From the human T2T-CHM13v2.0 reference genome, Homo sapiens: a stretch of DNA of 64,000 nucleotides. Numbering within the stretch: position 1 is the first letter of the stretch; every line of letters begins with the position of its first letter. The notes beneath the pieces were generated by a model that saw only the letters and a program-made list of their open reading frames with translations, had not been told where the DNA came from and made no database searches. Position numbers and translations under genes: made by a program. The stretch is from the NCBI RefSeq assembly GCF_009914755.1, contig NC_060926.1, one strand, 5' to 3'. Shown here piece after piece: positions 40,000 through 55,540 of the stretch.

Positions 40000-41746
40000 G
40001 TGAGTTTTCAAAATCTCATCTTCTTTGATATTGGATGACTAATACAGTAGTAAAGTATTTGACAGGTGCTAGGTGGTTTATAAATGTGCATGTTTTTGAA
40101 ACTTTTGCTTTATGTGCCTCGCTGAAAACAATGTGTTAGTTCAGGAATAAATTATATTTGGTAAATGAGTGTATTCTATACTTAATTAAAATTTTTTTTC
40201 TTTGTCTGGTTATATATGTAATGATGGCGGGAGTCCCACCCGCCCTAGAAAATTATTTTCTTTTTATTTGAGTCGTTGTCTAGGTGCACATACAATTTTA
40301 TGTAAGTATAATTATAACATTTTTATGTCTGTATGTTTTCTGCTACATTGTTTTATCATTGCTGTTCATAGATTGATTTGAGAAATAGTTTTCATTGAAG
40401 TATTATTTGAAAGATGGGCTAGGCAGGTAGTTCAGTATTATACTGGCTGTTAACAGTAGCCTATCTAGGATTCAGTTAGCATTGGACATAATAACGATTA
40501 ATTGACCTTTGAGTCTCTTACAGATGTGTTTGGACCCCGAATATGGAATTCTCATGGAATTTTGAGATCCATCACATTGTAGTGTGGCTTCCCCCCCTCC
40601 CCTCCTTCCTTTTTCCCCAAAGTTGGTGATTGAAGATCCTCTCTTCAGTGGCATCAATAATAATAATTACTTTTTCTATTCAAACCTCGGGCAACCCCTT
40701 TGGTAATATCAGAAGTAGTATCTAAAATAGATAAATTGGATTTGTGTCTTAAACTCTTGGTTGTTCAGGTGGGAGTGGTTCAATAAATGATGCAGACTTC
40801 CTGTAGTAACTCTATTTGAGGAGTCTTATTAACTTATCCTATTAGAAATATTTCTTTTTATTAATATATGTAATCTCGAAGTTTTCTTAACCTTTATAGC
40901 CAGCATTTGGAGACTGAGGAGAAATCACTATTTGAAGTTCTAAGAACCGATGGAACTCCTGTATTTTGAGAGTTTATTTAGAACATGTTAACCTAAGTAA
41001 TGCTGTACTTGTTTTAGTTATTCCTTTATATTTTTAAAATGATTTTCTTAGTATCAAATTAATATGTTTCTAAAAAAATTAGAAATAACTAGTAAGCCAG
41101 AAATAATTTCAACATCCATGGTACACACTGTAAATACCTTGGTGTATCTTTCCAGGTGGTTTTATGTATGCTTATTTGTGTATATATACACTTATTTTTT
41201 ACAAAAATGGGATCATACTGTACCTTCAGTTTTGTAGCCTGCTTAAAGAAATAACCAAATCAGAAACATCTTTTTTTAATCAATAAATATTTTCTGTTGT
41301 ATTAAATGGTTGCATTGTATGGATGTACCATCATTTATTCAACTAGTCTTCTAGATGTGACATATAGAAGCTGTTCTTGATTTTTCATTATAAAAATATT
41401 TTTAATGAACATTCTTATAGTTACATCTTTATTTCTACCTTAATTCCTTTTATCAGGTGGATTTAAATTCATATAAGTTACTTTCTTAGCCATTTTTTGT
41501 GCAACTCATCCGCCTTTATCTAGAATTTGTAACTGCTTCTCTTTTATATTTACATACCCTCATGTCTGTTTCTTTATAAAAACATGGTTTAAATTGTCAG
41601 CTAATTTAAGGAAGTTGTTTTTTTCAGCATCCTGCTGTTTATAGGTAACAGAAAGGGAACACCAGGAATTTAGACACAACAACAGAGAAAAGAAAAACTG
41701 ATGATATTTTAGAATCAATACACATTTAGCTTGATGCCTAATATTA

Positions 41747-41941
41747 TGGGTTGGCAAACTATGGCCTGTGGGACTGTAAAGTTTTTGTAAGTAAAGTTTC
41801 ATTGAAAGACAGAGACGTCCATTTGCTTCCATATTTTCTGACTGCTTTCATGCTACAGTGGCAGGGTTGACAGGCCATTTGGTTCACAGAGCCTAAACAT
41901 TAATTCTCTGGCCCTTTGGAGAGACAGTTTGCTGGCCCCTG
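41747..41941. mobile_element. MER58A-like hAT MITE
   Basis: TIR-like ends gggttggcaaact...agtttgctggcccctg; internal tttttgtaagtaaagtttcattgaaa. Confidence 0.8.
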
Positions 41942-42668
41942 CCCTACACCATGAGTTCTCAAGGTCATCTCAGTGTAGTATTGAGCATCTTTCAATAGTA
42001 TCTTACACATCCTCCTTTTTATTGATACTCTGAAGTTTTGTTTGATGGTATTTCACTTGATTGGCTCAGTGTTTTGTATAAAATTTGAATTGAGGTAGCC
42101 TTAAACAGAGGGCAATCACCATTTCCATCCTTAAACAGTAGCCTCACCTAATTGTACATCTGTACAATTGCAGACATTAGAGCTTAGGAGCATTCCCTTA
42201 GTCATCTGAAATGCTGATGCACTGAGGAATGCAGGTGTAAGTAGGCATAGTGCCCTATTTGTATCATCTGTCAAAATTCCTTCTGGCAAAGGGAGTATAT
42301 GAGGCCCTTAAGTAACCCAAGTAATCCTGAGCTGGAAAGTTGCAGTAGGAGTAGAGAGTACTACCTAATTTTTCTTCACGTATGACGTTCTTTGTGAAAC
42401 TTGAGGTAAAGAGCTGTGCCCAGGGTACTTGAGAATCAGGATTTAGATTGTTAACATCGAACCAGTGTGCAATTAACTCTAAATGAGACAGAAGCACTAA
42501 GTGATACGGTGTTTATTAAGGTCATCATTTTTGTGAATAATGTAAAACATGTTCAATAAGGGATACTTAAAAATGAAGCAATTTATTTGTATCTGGGGAC
42601 AATTGTGAAGATGGGAGAAAATTGAAAATTTTGGTAGGAACAGACCATGAGTGGCTGTAAGCTTTAAC

Positions 42669-45072
<2,404 letters not shown>

Positions 45073-46197
45073 AGAAGACTACCCAGATAAGTCTAGATAA
45101 GGACTTTATTATAGGGAGAATAATTATAGACATTACCTGGCTTTCTGGGAAGGAGCCAAGAAAGCTCCTTTGGGAGTTTCCTCTGTCTCATCTCCTTGGT
45201 CTTAAGGAAGTTTTCCCAGGTCTTTCCTTGCAAAGAAGAGGGAAGTACTTGTTTTCTTCCCCAAAGTATTTTATTTATACATTTGTTAAAATAGTTATGG
45301 CCTTGTGGTGTATCTGTATATATATTTGCGCCTTGCCCAAGAAGAGCTAATTCCATTAAGAAATGCACTGTATTTCTCTCTTTTGGTAAGCCCATTGTTG
45401 AGCTTAGTGTACTGGACATTGGCATTAATATTTAGTTAACTAATTTAGTTAATAAATGAATGTTGAATGAAGCCATTAGGGTCTTATGGGAGACGGGTAA
45501 GAGAATGCAAACCTGAGATTGATAGCTTCCTATCGATAATTATGGGATTATGTGAAAAAGGAGAGAAGTTCTGGAGGATGAGATGTGTTAATATTTCCAG
45601 TTTTCAGAAAGGGTAAAATATTTCTATGTAAACTGAAGGAGTAGTAAATTAGATGTTTTTGAGGGGTGTATTTTGGAAGCAAATATTTGTTCAGAAAACA
45701 TTTTATCAAATGCTTGCTGTGTTTTATGTCTTGGGTTAGGTGCTAAGGCAATAAGGATAAAAATACATGGTACCTACTCTTTAATGGGGAAGCTGACACT
45801 AAATAATTTCACTTTGTCATAATGCTGTAAAGGAATTATAATGCAAGCACGGGATATTCAGCTGCCTATCTGATTTTTCCACTTAGATGTCTTATAAGCA
45901 TCTCATACTCTATACTTTTCCAAAACTGATCTCGTTAGTTTTGCCTTTATATTTATTTCATCTTAATAGTATATGTGCCTGTTTGCTCAAGCTAGCAGTC
46001 TCAGAGTTATCTTTGATAATTCCTTTTACTTCTCTGTTCCTATATCGGGTCTGTCACAACATGTCAATTTTATCTCTACAGTATCTCTGGAATCTGTTCA
46101 TTTCTCTGAATCTCTATTGCTATCACCTTAGTGAAAGTTGCCACCATTTCTAACATAAATTTTTGCACCAGTGGCCTACTGATGTTTCCTGGCTTCC

Positions 46198-49100
46198 TTT
46201 TTTTTTTTTCTTTTTTTTTGTTTGAAATGGAATCTCACTCTGTCACCCAAGCTGCGGTGCAGTGGTGTGATCTCGGCTCACTGCAACTTCTGCTTCCTGA
46301 GTTCAAGCGATTCTCCTGCTTCAGGCTCCCAAGTAGCTGGGACTATAGGCATGCATCACCACGCCTGACTAATACTTGTATTTTTTAGTAGAGATGGAGC
46401 TTTACCATATTGGCCAGGCTGGTCTTGAATTCCTGACCTCAAGTGATCTGCCCTCCTTGGCCTCCTACAGTGTTGGGATTACAGATGTGAGCCACTGTGC
46501 CTGGCCCCTGGCTTCCATTTTTGTCTTCTATTTGTTTTCCTCACAGCAGGCAGAGTAATCTTAAAATGTAAATTAGATCAAGACTTCTCTAAAATCCTTC
46601 AATATCTCTATGTCCACTTATATGACTTTATTATATTCTTCTACTAGCCTCTTAGTTTCATGAAGGCTGGACAGGAACTTGTGTTTAGCAAGGCCTTGAG
46701 GATCTCAAATTCTCTTTTTCCCTCCCTTCCTCCGACTCTCTTTCCAGCTCTCCTTATTCTTCCTTTCTCCTTCCCACTTAACATCTCCTTCCTAGCACCT
46801 CTCTCTACCCTGTTGGTGAAAAAGATTAGGAAGAATATTCCTGATAGCAGAAAGGACGTGTGTGAACATAAGGCAAGGAACTGATTTAAGAGAGGAACTT
46901 CATGATGCATAATGTTTACCTTTATTATGTGAAGTGTGGGAGATAAGAGCTTGGAGGCAGCCCTTCTGTTAACAAGGCTTGGGTTTTATTGGTCATTGTG
47001 TGCCAGTGAAAAAAGAATTGGGGCTGGGCGCAGTGGCTCACCCCTATAATCCCAACACTTTGGGAGACTGAGGCGGGTGGATCACCTGAGGTCAGGAGTT
47101 CAAGACCAGCCTGACAAATATGGGGAAACCCCATCTCTACTAAAAATACAAAAATTAGCCAGGTGTGGTGGCGTGTGCCTGTAATCCCAACTACGCAGGA
47201 GGCTGAGGCAGGAGAACTGCTTAAACCTGGGAGGTGGAGGTTGCAGTGAGCTGAGCTGAGCTGAGATAGTGCCACTGCACTCCAGCCTGGGTAACAGAGT
47301 GAGCCTCTGTCTCAAAAATAAATAAATAAATAAATAGTTCTTAGTAACGTAGGAGATTAAGACTAGTAAAATCGTTCAGGATGCATTTGCAGCAGTCCAG
47401 GTGGGAAATAAAAGTGTGAATAAAAATTAGGTTAGTTGGATCAGGGGAAGACTTGAGAGACTGAGGATTTAAAACTAATAGGACATGGTAATTGGGTATG
47501 AGAGATGGTAGAAGGTGAGGAGTAAAGTATGAATCCCAGATTTTTAATCCAGTGGCTGATTAGATTGGGATGTCCTTAACTATGTTTGAGAATATGGGCA
47601 GTGAATGGGTTGGATGAATAAGTTGATGAGTAGGGTTAGGGTTTTGGGCATATTGAACCTGATGGGCTTTACATGGTTGTGTATGAAAGCCTGACTATAG
47701 GAGAGGTCACAGCTGGACTTGAGAATCACAAGCTTACATAGAAGTGCCTTTTGACTCCCACACCTTCACACATTGTTTATTGACTATCCAAATTGCTTTC
47801 ATAAGCTGAAGTTTGGATTTTGGACAACACTTACCAAGCGAAGATTTTGGGAGTATCATGGGGCTTTGGGGGGCCTGCTGCTGCCACTTATTTACTACCC
47901 ATGGTAGAATTGGCAGTGTTGAGGTTATTGATGAACAGTGCAGGAGCTAGTGGAGTGGCAGGAGAAACCAGGCACACTGCGTTTTGAAGTGACTGAGAAG
48001 CGAGGAAGTAGAGATGTTTCTAGATGAAGAGGAAAGATGAACAGTGCATAGCTAGAAGGGAAATGGCTGTATCAAAAGTTTTAAACAAATGAGGAGATAT
48101 GTTTAGAGACAGACGAAAGCACATAGGGATTAAATTTCTAGAAGAGAGGGTTGTATGGAGGAGATAAAGATCATATGTGGATTTTTTTAACTTTTAGGTT
48201 CGGGGGTACATGTGAAGGTTATGTAGGTAAACTTGTGTCAATGGGGGTTTGTTGTACAGATTATTTCATCACCCAAGTGTTACACCGAGTACCCAGTGGT
48301 TTTTCGTGCTCCTCTCCCTCCTCCTGCCTTCCACCCCCAAGTAGACCCCAGTGTCTATCATTCCCTTCTTTGTGTTCATGAGTTCTCAGGTGGATTTTTA
48401 GTGAAGAATATTACCCAAATATGTTTTAGCTTTTCTAAGTATCTGCAGGTGAAGAGGGACTTGGAATTGAATTTGTCGATTATTGAATCATAGTACAGCC
48501 ATTATCCTAACTCAGGCAACTGTCTTTTAGTTTGAGTTACTGCCAGTTTGCCTCAGTTTCTTTTCATAGCACCTGAAGGAAATCTCTGATTGTGTTATTG
48601 TGTTATTTTTGTATTTTTTATTTTTTGGAGACAGAGTCTCACTCTCAGCCAAGGTGGAATGCAGTGTTGCGATCATGGCTCACTGCAGCCTCTACCTCCT
48701 GAGGCTCAAGCGATCTTCCCACCTCAGCCTTCCAAATAGCTGGGACTACAGGCGTGCACCACCATGCTCTGCTAATTTTTTTTATTTTTGGAGAGACAGG
48801 ATCTCACTGTGTTGCCTGGACTGGTCTCAAACTCCTGGTCTCAAGTGATCCACCTGCCTCAACCTCCCAAAGTGCTGGGATTACAAGCATGGGCTACTGC
48901 ACCTGGCCTGTGTTACTCTTAATAAATCTGGTGACTATAAGAAATGTTTAGTCTTGGGCATTGGAAAACCATTGGTGATCCATTGGAAGGGACAGGGTGG
49001 TGAATACATTTGAAATCTTATTGTGAGCAGCAATTGAAGAAATTAGGAATGTTAGGCCATGAGAAGGAGTCTTTGGGGAGACATGGTGATTATTTGCCAA

Positions 49101-49595
49101 TACCAGAATGATTTTCATTTGAAAGAGTGCTTAGATGTGTACTCCAGTGGTAGAAACTGTTGGGAAACATGTTGGTTTGGTGTTAAGGAAGATATTTTAA
49201 AACAAGTTCTAATAAAATATATGTATATTTTAAACTGGCTATTTTAAATAGGATTTTGAGACCTAATTGTTGGAAAGATTGTGTTTTTTTTTCTTTCTTT
49301 CTTTCTTTCTTTTTTTTTTTGAGACAGGGTCTTGCTTTGTCACCTAGGCTGGAGTGCAGTGGCTGTTCACTGCAGCCTTGACCTCCCAGGCTCGAGCAGT
49401 CCTCCCACCTCAGCCTCCTGAGTAGCTGGGACCAGAGGCATGAGCCACCATACCTGGCTAATTTTTGTATTTTTTGTCAAGATGGGGTTTCATCGTGTTG
49501 CCCAGGCTGGTCTTGAACTCTTGTACTGAAGTGATCCACACTCCTTAGCTTCCCAAGTGTTGGGATTACAAGTGTGAGCTAACCTGCAACCGGTC
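46198..49595. mobile_element. Alus (~46198-46506 -, ~47023-47336 +, ~48604-48908 -, ~49284-49595 -) and a short L1P 3' fragment (~48180-48385 -)
   Basis: Alu consensus; L1 3'UTR motif ggggtacatgtgaagg...cccagtgtc. Confidence 0.85.
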
Positions 49596-49959
49596 AATTG
49601 TGGTCTTTTTAGTAATAAAAACCTAGGTTTGAATCTTTGTTCTGCTGCCCGTGACTGTGGACAAGTTGTTTAACCCTTCAGCTTTATTTTTATCTGTTAT
49701 GTTTGGGTTGTTGTGAAGGTTAAATTAGATTAAATGAGCTAGTTCACGTGTGAAATTTTCAGCTTCAGTGTTCAGTGGATATTAATTCCACTTCTTCAGT
49801 AAAGAGCCCAACTTTACAGGAATCTAATAAAAAGCAGTTTCTTGGAAGGTACTGGGGTAGTTCCTTTCTTCTTGGAAGGAGTGATTGGACCATTCCTTTG
49901 TGGGTATGTTGTTTGCTTACCTGGTTGTTTAACTTGTTTTATGGGGGTTGAACTAAATG

Positions 49960-50725
49960 ACCTCCAAGCCCAAGAATATTTGCAAAGGAAACAGAGTAGC
50001 AGTGAGCAGTCCCAGAACCCAGGTTGTGGTATTTCTATAAATGAAAGTGAATCCAGGGCTCCCTGGAAATGATTGATTTCAGGTCTGAGGCAAGAAAAAT
50101 ACAAGATGAACCTGGAACATTCTGACATACCAGATAGAAAAGAAGCTGTTGAAGACTGCTAGGGTCATGTCAAAAGGACCCAGGAGCCAACCTGAAGAGT
50201 CTCCCACTCTTCAAAGATGAGACAGTTTGAACACTGTTAATAATTGCTGTGAATTGAAATATATTAATAAAATAATGTGTTACTGTTGGACACTGTTGGA
50301 AGGTGCAAGTGAACCTAGTCGTTATTTTGAAAACAAATAAGAATTAAGGCTTTTTCCCTCCTTTCTTGTATTAAGCAGTATTATTTGGTAACTATACCAG
50401 GTAGTATAAGAGGAAAATTTATCTTTGCAGAAGTATTCCAGCTAATACATAAGGGAGGAATGAAAGAATATAATCACTTACAACCTTAGTGAACTTAGGG
50501 AACCAAGCATTGATCATAAATTACTGCAAGTATCACAAACACGTCATCACAATGTGTGCCTCTTGATGGAATAACATACCACTACATACGAAGTATTGCC
50601 AAAAAAGAACCCAAATTGATGAAAATCTCAAAATCTCTATACTCAGTCACCAGTTTACATGAAATGCAAAAGACAGAAAAATGTTTAATTATATCATGGA
50701 TAAAATCAGCAAAACCCAGACTTTA
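49960..50725 (+). mobile_element. Old L1MC/MD-type 3' fragment
   Basis: Motifs such as ctagggtcatgtcaaaaggacccaggagccaacctgaagag and gaagtattccagctaata are typical of L1MC 3'UTRs. Confidence 0.6.
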
Positions 50726-52377
50726 AAAAAATGTTTTGGGTCAGGCATGGTGGCTCATGCCTGTAATCTCAGCACTTCGAGAGGCCAAGGTGGGAGGATT
50801 GCTTGAGGCCCAGAGTTTGAGACTAGGTTGGGCAATATAGTGAGACCCTGTCTCTACAGAAAATACAAAAATTACACGGGAGTTTGTCATCTGCTTTTTG
50901 GTGCATTTATGAAAATACAAAAAATTTTCCACAATAAGTAAAAAAAAAAAATCCCACCCCAACAGTCTCACTTTACTAATGCATATTTTTTCTTTAAATA
51001 TTACTTTATTCTTGTAAACACATTTTACTGTTTACTATGCATACGCTATTTTTAATAATGTGCACATATTTACTGTGTTTTACTTGGCCTTCATATTAAT
51101 ATTTAATGTGTCATAATTTAGTAGATTATTCCCTTCTTTTTTGCTTTGTGAATAAAGCTTAGCAGTTTTGGGCACATATTTCAATGCTTCTATTGAATTT
51201 TTCCTTAGTCTAAACTAGAATTAAAGTAGCTTGGTCCCTTTCATGCTTGATATCAGCTACTCCTGATGTTAGTTTTTCCACTTGCTGTCTGACACAGTGC
51301 TACAGTAGAATCTTACTCGCCATTTTTTGCTGAAGTTTTCTTCCCTTTTTCCCCATAAAAATATATTATTTTAAAATTAAACAAAATAGTCCCTTTTCCC
51401 CAAGTTCTGTTCTTTAGAGGCAACTTTTCTTATCAGTTTGGAGTATATTTTTTATTTGTCTTCTTAGCAGTACATGTAGTTTTCAATTTCTCTTTGTACT
51501 TTACTGCATTTTCAGATTCTCTACACTGACCATTAATTGCTTTTATTAAAAACGTTGTGAAATATTTCAGGCATATAAAAATATAAATTGTGATAAACAC
51601 CCATGTATTCATTGGCAAGCTACAAAAATAAAACATTGTAGGTACAATTAAAGCTGCCTTTATAATCTTAATCTTTTGCAGATATAACCTTATTCTAAAT
51701 GTTGTATTTGTCAATTTCATGTTTGTTTCTATGCTTTTGCTGCAGTTTGTATGTCTTGAAACAGTATAAACCTAGCTGCAGGTTTATGCATTTTATATAA
51801 AAATTATCATTACTATAGGCTGTGTTTTGATTTTTCTTTTGTATAGCATACTTTATTAAATATTTTAGCTATTACCAAATTGCCAAATAGATAATTAAAT
51901 AATTAGCTATTATCAAATCATTCTTTGAAGTGATTATTTCAGTTTATAATACCACAAACACTACTTGAAAGTTTCCATTGTTTTACATCCTTACCAACAC
52001 CTGGTATTATCAGACTTATTAAGTTTTATGAATCTAGTGAGTGTAAGGTAGTATCTCACTTTTGTTTTAATCATATGCGCCTTTTAAAATTTGGAAAAAT
52101 GTGTCCCTTTTTCATTCTCTAAGCTTCTGGGGGACATAGCCGTGATGCCTTTTAAGTTAAGGAATTGCCACATGGTTGTCTAGTTATCTCTCAATAAACT
52201 GCCCTTTTAGCGTGCCATGACAAAAGATTGTATTAAAGCTAAAGTCTGATACTTTGAGATAGTAGGATTTCTTTTTGCTCTTCTAAAGAACTAAAATGAA
52301 TTTTTTTTGACAGTGTATAGTATAAAAAGTCTGTAGCACCAGAATGTTTGACATATTCTCTGTCTTTTCTATTCTAG

Positions 52378-52507
52378 GCTCCGAGCTCTGTCCAGTGGTG
52401 GGAGTATTACATCCCCTCCTCTTTCTCCAGCATTGCCGAAGTATAAATTAGCAGATTATCGTTACGGCAGAGAAGAAATGTTAGCACTTTTCCTTAAAGA
52501 CAACAAG
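52378..52507 (+). CDS. GIGYF2: GIGYF2 coding exon 2: (W)LRALSSGGSITSPPLSPALPKYKLADYRYGREEMLALFLKDNK
   Basis: Acceptor tgtcttttctattctag|G; donor AAG|GTAAGA; 130 nt keeps the frame; contains the canonical 4EHP-binding motif YxYxxxxML (Y41/Y43/M48/L49) at 52457-52483. Confidence 0.97.
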
Positions 52508-53749
52508 GTAAGAAAGTAGGAAAAGAGTTCAAAATTGTGAATGAGACTTTGGGATATATACCATGATGTACTGATACATGAAAACTGATTTATTTTACTA
52601 ATGTATTGACCCATGCCTTTCCACCTTAACTGTTTCCCTGCTTTGAAGCCTGCAATAGTTAACAGAGGATCTTCTAAGTGTTATCACACACTATATTTTA
52701 GGCAGCTTCATGGAAACAGGAGAGTAGTCAGCACTTACTGCCTTCTCTAGCTAACTTCCTCTTAACCCCCCTTTCATGTCTATTTGTATCCTAGTTCAGT
52801 GGCTAAGAAATGAAGAATTTTTCCTTTCTCTTTATTGTACCTCTTATCCTACTTGCCACTTAAAAATAAAGAGCCAACAGGAGGAGCACCTTCGGCTATA
52901 TAAAATTTTCAGTGGAGACAAAACCTTAAAATGTAACACTACATTTGTGTCACTTAGATCAAAACTGAAACAGTGTAAAATATACTTTTGTTATGACTTT
53001 TATCTTACTCACTGACTAGTAAGAAATAATATTTTGTATTTTTTCCCAATATACTTTTTTTTTGAGACAGAGTCTGGCTCAGTCACCCAGGCTGGAGTGC
53101 AGTGGCGTGATCTCATCTCACTGCAACCTCTGCAACCCAGGTTCAGGTGATTCTTGTGCCTCAGCCTCCTGAGTAGCTGGGATTATAGATATGCGTTCCC
53201 ACGCTTGGCTAATTTTTTTGTATTTTTGGTAGAGATGGGATTTCACCATGTTGGCCAGGCTGGTCTCCAACTTCTGCCCTCAAGTGATCTGCCTGCCTTG
53301 GCCTCCAAAAGTGCTGGGATTACAGGCGTGAGCCACAATGCCCCACCTCCAGTATACTTTGTTTTTCAGTGATCGAGAATTTCAGATTTTAATGATGGTT
53401 GCTAAGGACACATACAGTTGCTTATAAAACTCTCCTTATCATCTTCTGCTTTGCATTTAATGTAGAGACTTTTATTCCTCTACTTTGTGCTCTGGTATAG
53501 CAGAGTTAGTGCTAAATCCAAAAGTGGCAATCACTTGAGAAGCTGGGGAGTATTGACTGGGGTTTTTAATATTGACTCTCTCAAAATGTATAAGGACTAT
53601 AGAAGTCAATTATGGCTGAATAAGCATTAATCTGTATTTATAATAATCAACAATAAATAGAAGAGTATTCTTTCTTGGATTTATCTTCTTGTATTTCTTC
53701 TTATTGCAGAAATAGCATTAATCTCATAATCATGTGTTTGGTCCTACAG

Positions 53750-53845
53750 ATACCTTCAGACCTTCTGGATAAAGAATTTCTGCCTATCCTCCAGGAGGAA
53801 CCCCTTCCACCATTGGCTCTGGTACCCTTTACAGAAGAAGAACAG
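53750..53845 (+). CDS. GIGYF2: GIGYF2 coding exon 3: IPSDLLDKEFLPILQEEPLPPLALVPFTEEEQ
   Basis: Acceptor ggtcctacag|A; donor CAG|GTTTGT; 96 nt, phase 0-0; visible in ORF 53675..53857; residues 58-89. Confidence 0.97.
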
Positions 53846-54258
53846 GTTTGTGATTAGCTCTGAGCCCCAGCAAACTCTTATTCTTTTCCTGCTAAGGCAT
53901 GAAAATAGGAAGTTACTATTTATGCTCTAAGGATTATCCTGCATCCTCATAGGTCTGCTTTCTTCTATTTCTTGGTATGTTGATGCTTATTAGTTGACTA
54001 GATTTTGCTGTAGTATCTGTAGCTTTTGAGTATTATTTGGAAACGTTTGTAGATCCTTAAGGACATTGGGAACCATCCTTTAAAACTTACTCAAGTAGAG
54101 AGGAAGAGTGATTCTTGGGGAGGGGAGAAAATCATCTTTGCAAATAAACAGATTTTCAGAAGTAATTGCCAACCTGAATTCTTACCGGTGCATTTTACCA
54201 CTAAGGGAAAAATGTAGATCTTCAGTTCAAAATGCATTCAAAACTCTTCTGTCACCAA

Positions 54259-54298
54259 TGTGTGTGTGTGTGTGTCTGTGTGTGTGTGAGAGAGAGAG
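54259..54298. repeat. (TG)n(AG)n compound microsatellite
   Basis: tgtgtgtgtgtgtgtgtctgtgtgtgtgtgagagagagag. Confidence 0.9.
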
Positions 54299-54634
54299 TG
54301 ATGTGAGAAAGTAAAACTTGTGGGCTGGAAAGTAGCGAATTTAGTGTTGTTCCTGTTTATAGTGTATTTTGTTCTGTGCAAAGAAAATAAAAGAGTTTCT
54401 GATTTCAAGGAACTTATGATAACTGTAGAAAAATGGAAAAATAAGCCTTGTTGGAAAGCTTGAATGTTACTTTATGGGCATCCATACGGGAAGAAGAGAA
54501 TCCAGGGAGCCAAAAATACATCTTTTTGACTCTTAAGGAAAAGGTAAAGCAAGAAGTAATAAAAATCTTTTCAAATACTCTATGAAATATTAAAATCCTG
54601 GGCATTGGAAAGAGAATTTTTCAAGAGGGTTTTA

Positions 54635-55102
<468 letters not shown>

Positions 55103-55491
55103 CTAGGAATTAGGGTAAAAAAGAATCCTGCAATTCAACTAATATTTTAATCCTTTCCATGCCAGCTGCTCCCTTTCCCAGAGGCCGCAAGTGTTAGCAA
55201 TTTCTTATGTATTTTTCCAAGTAAATATGGAAATATATTTTCCGCCTTTTAATACAAGTGATACGGTTCTGTACTTCCAACATCAAGTATTTTTATTGAA
55301 AGACTTCCCTGAAGATTTGGAAAAATTTTTTCCCATCGTTTTTGTTTGCATTTCTTTGCCTGTAGCAGTAAACAGTTGTTTTTCAGATGTTTATTCATCA
55401 TTTATATTTCTGTTAATTTTTTTCTTGCCTTTGCCAATTTTTCTTTTGGGATATTCATCTTTTCCTTGTTGATTTATGCTATTTATATGAG

Positions 55492-55494
<3 letters not shown>

Positions 55495-55527
<33 letters not shown>

Positions 55528-55540
55528 TTGTGTGTGTGTG
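55495..55540. repeat. (TG)n microsatellite
   Basis: About 14 pure TG units plus an interrupted extension. Confidence 0.9.

Noticed and set aside
40221-40244. ATGATGGCGGGAGTCCCACCCGCC, a GC hairpin with a box C-like start and YY1/E2F-like core
   Set aside because: Box C is imperfect, no suitably placed box D or terminal stem; a 6-bp stem alone is insufficient.
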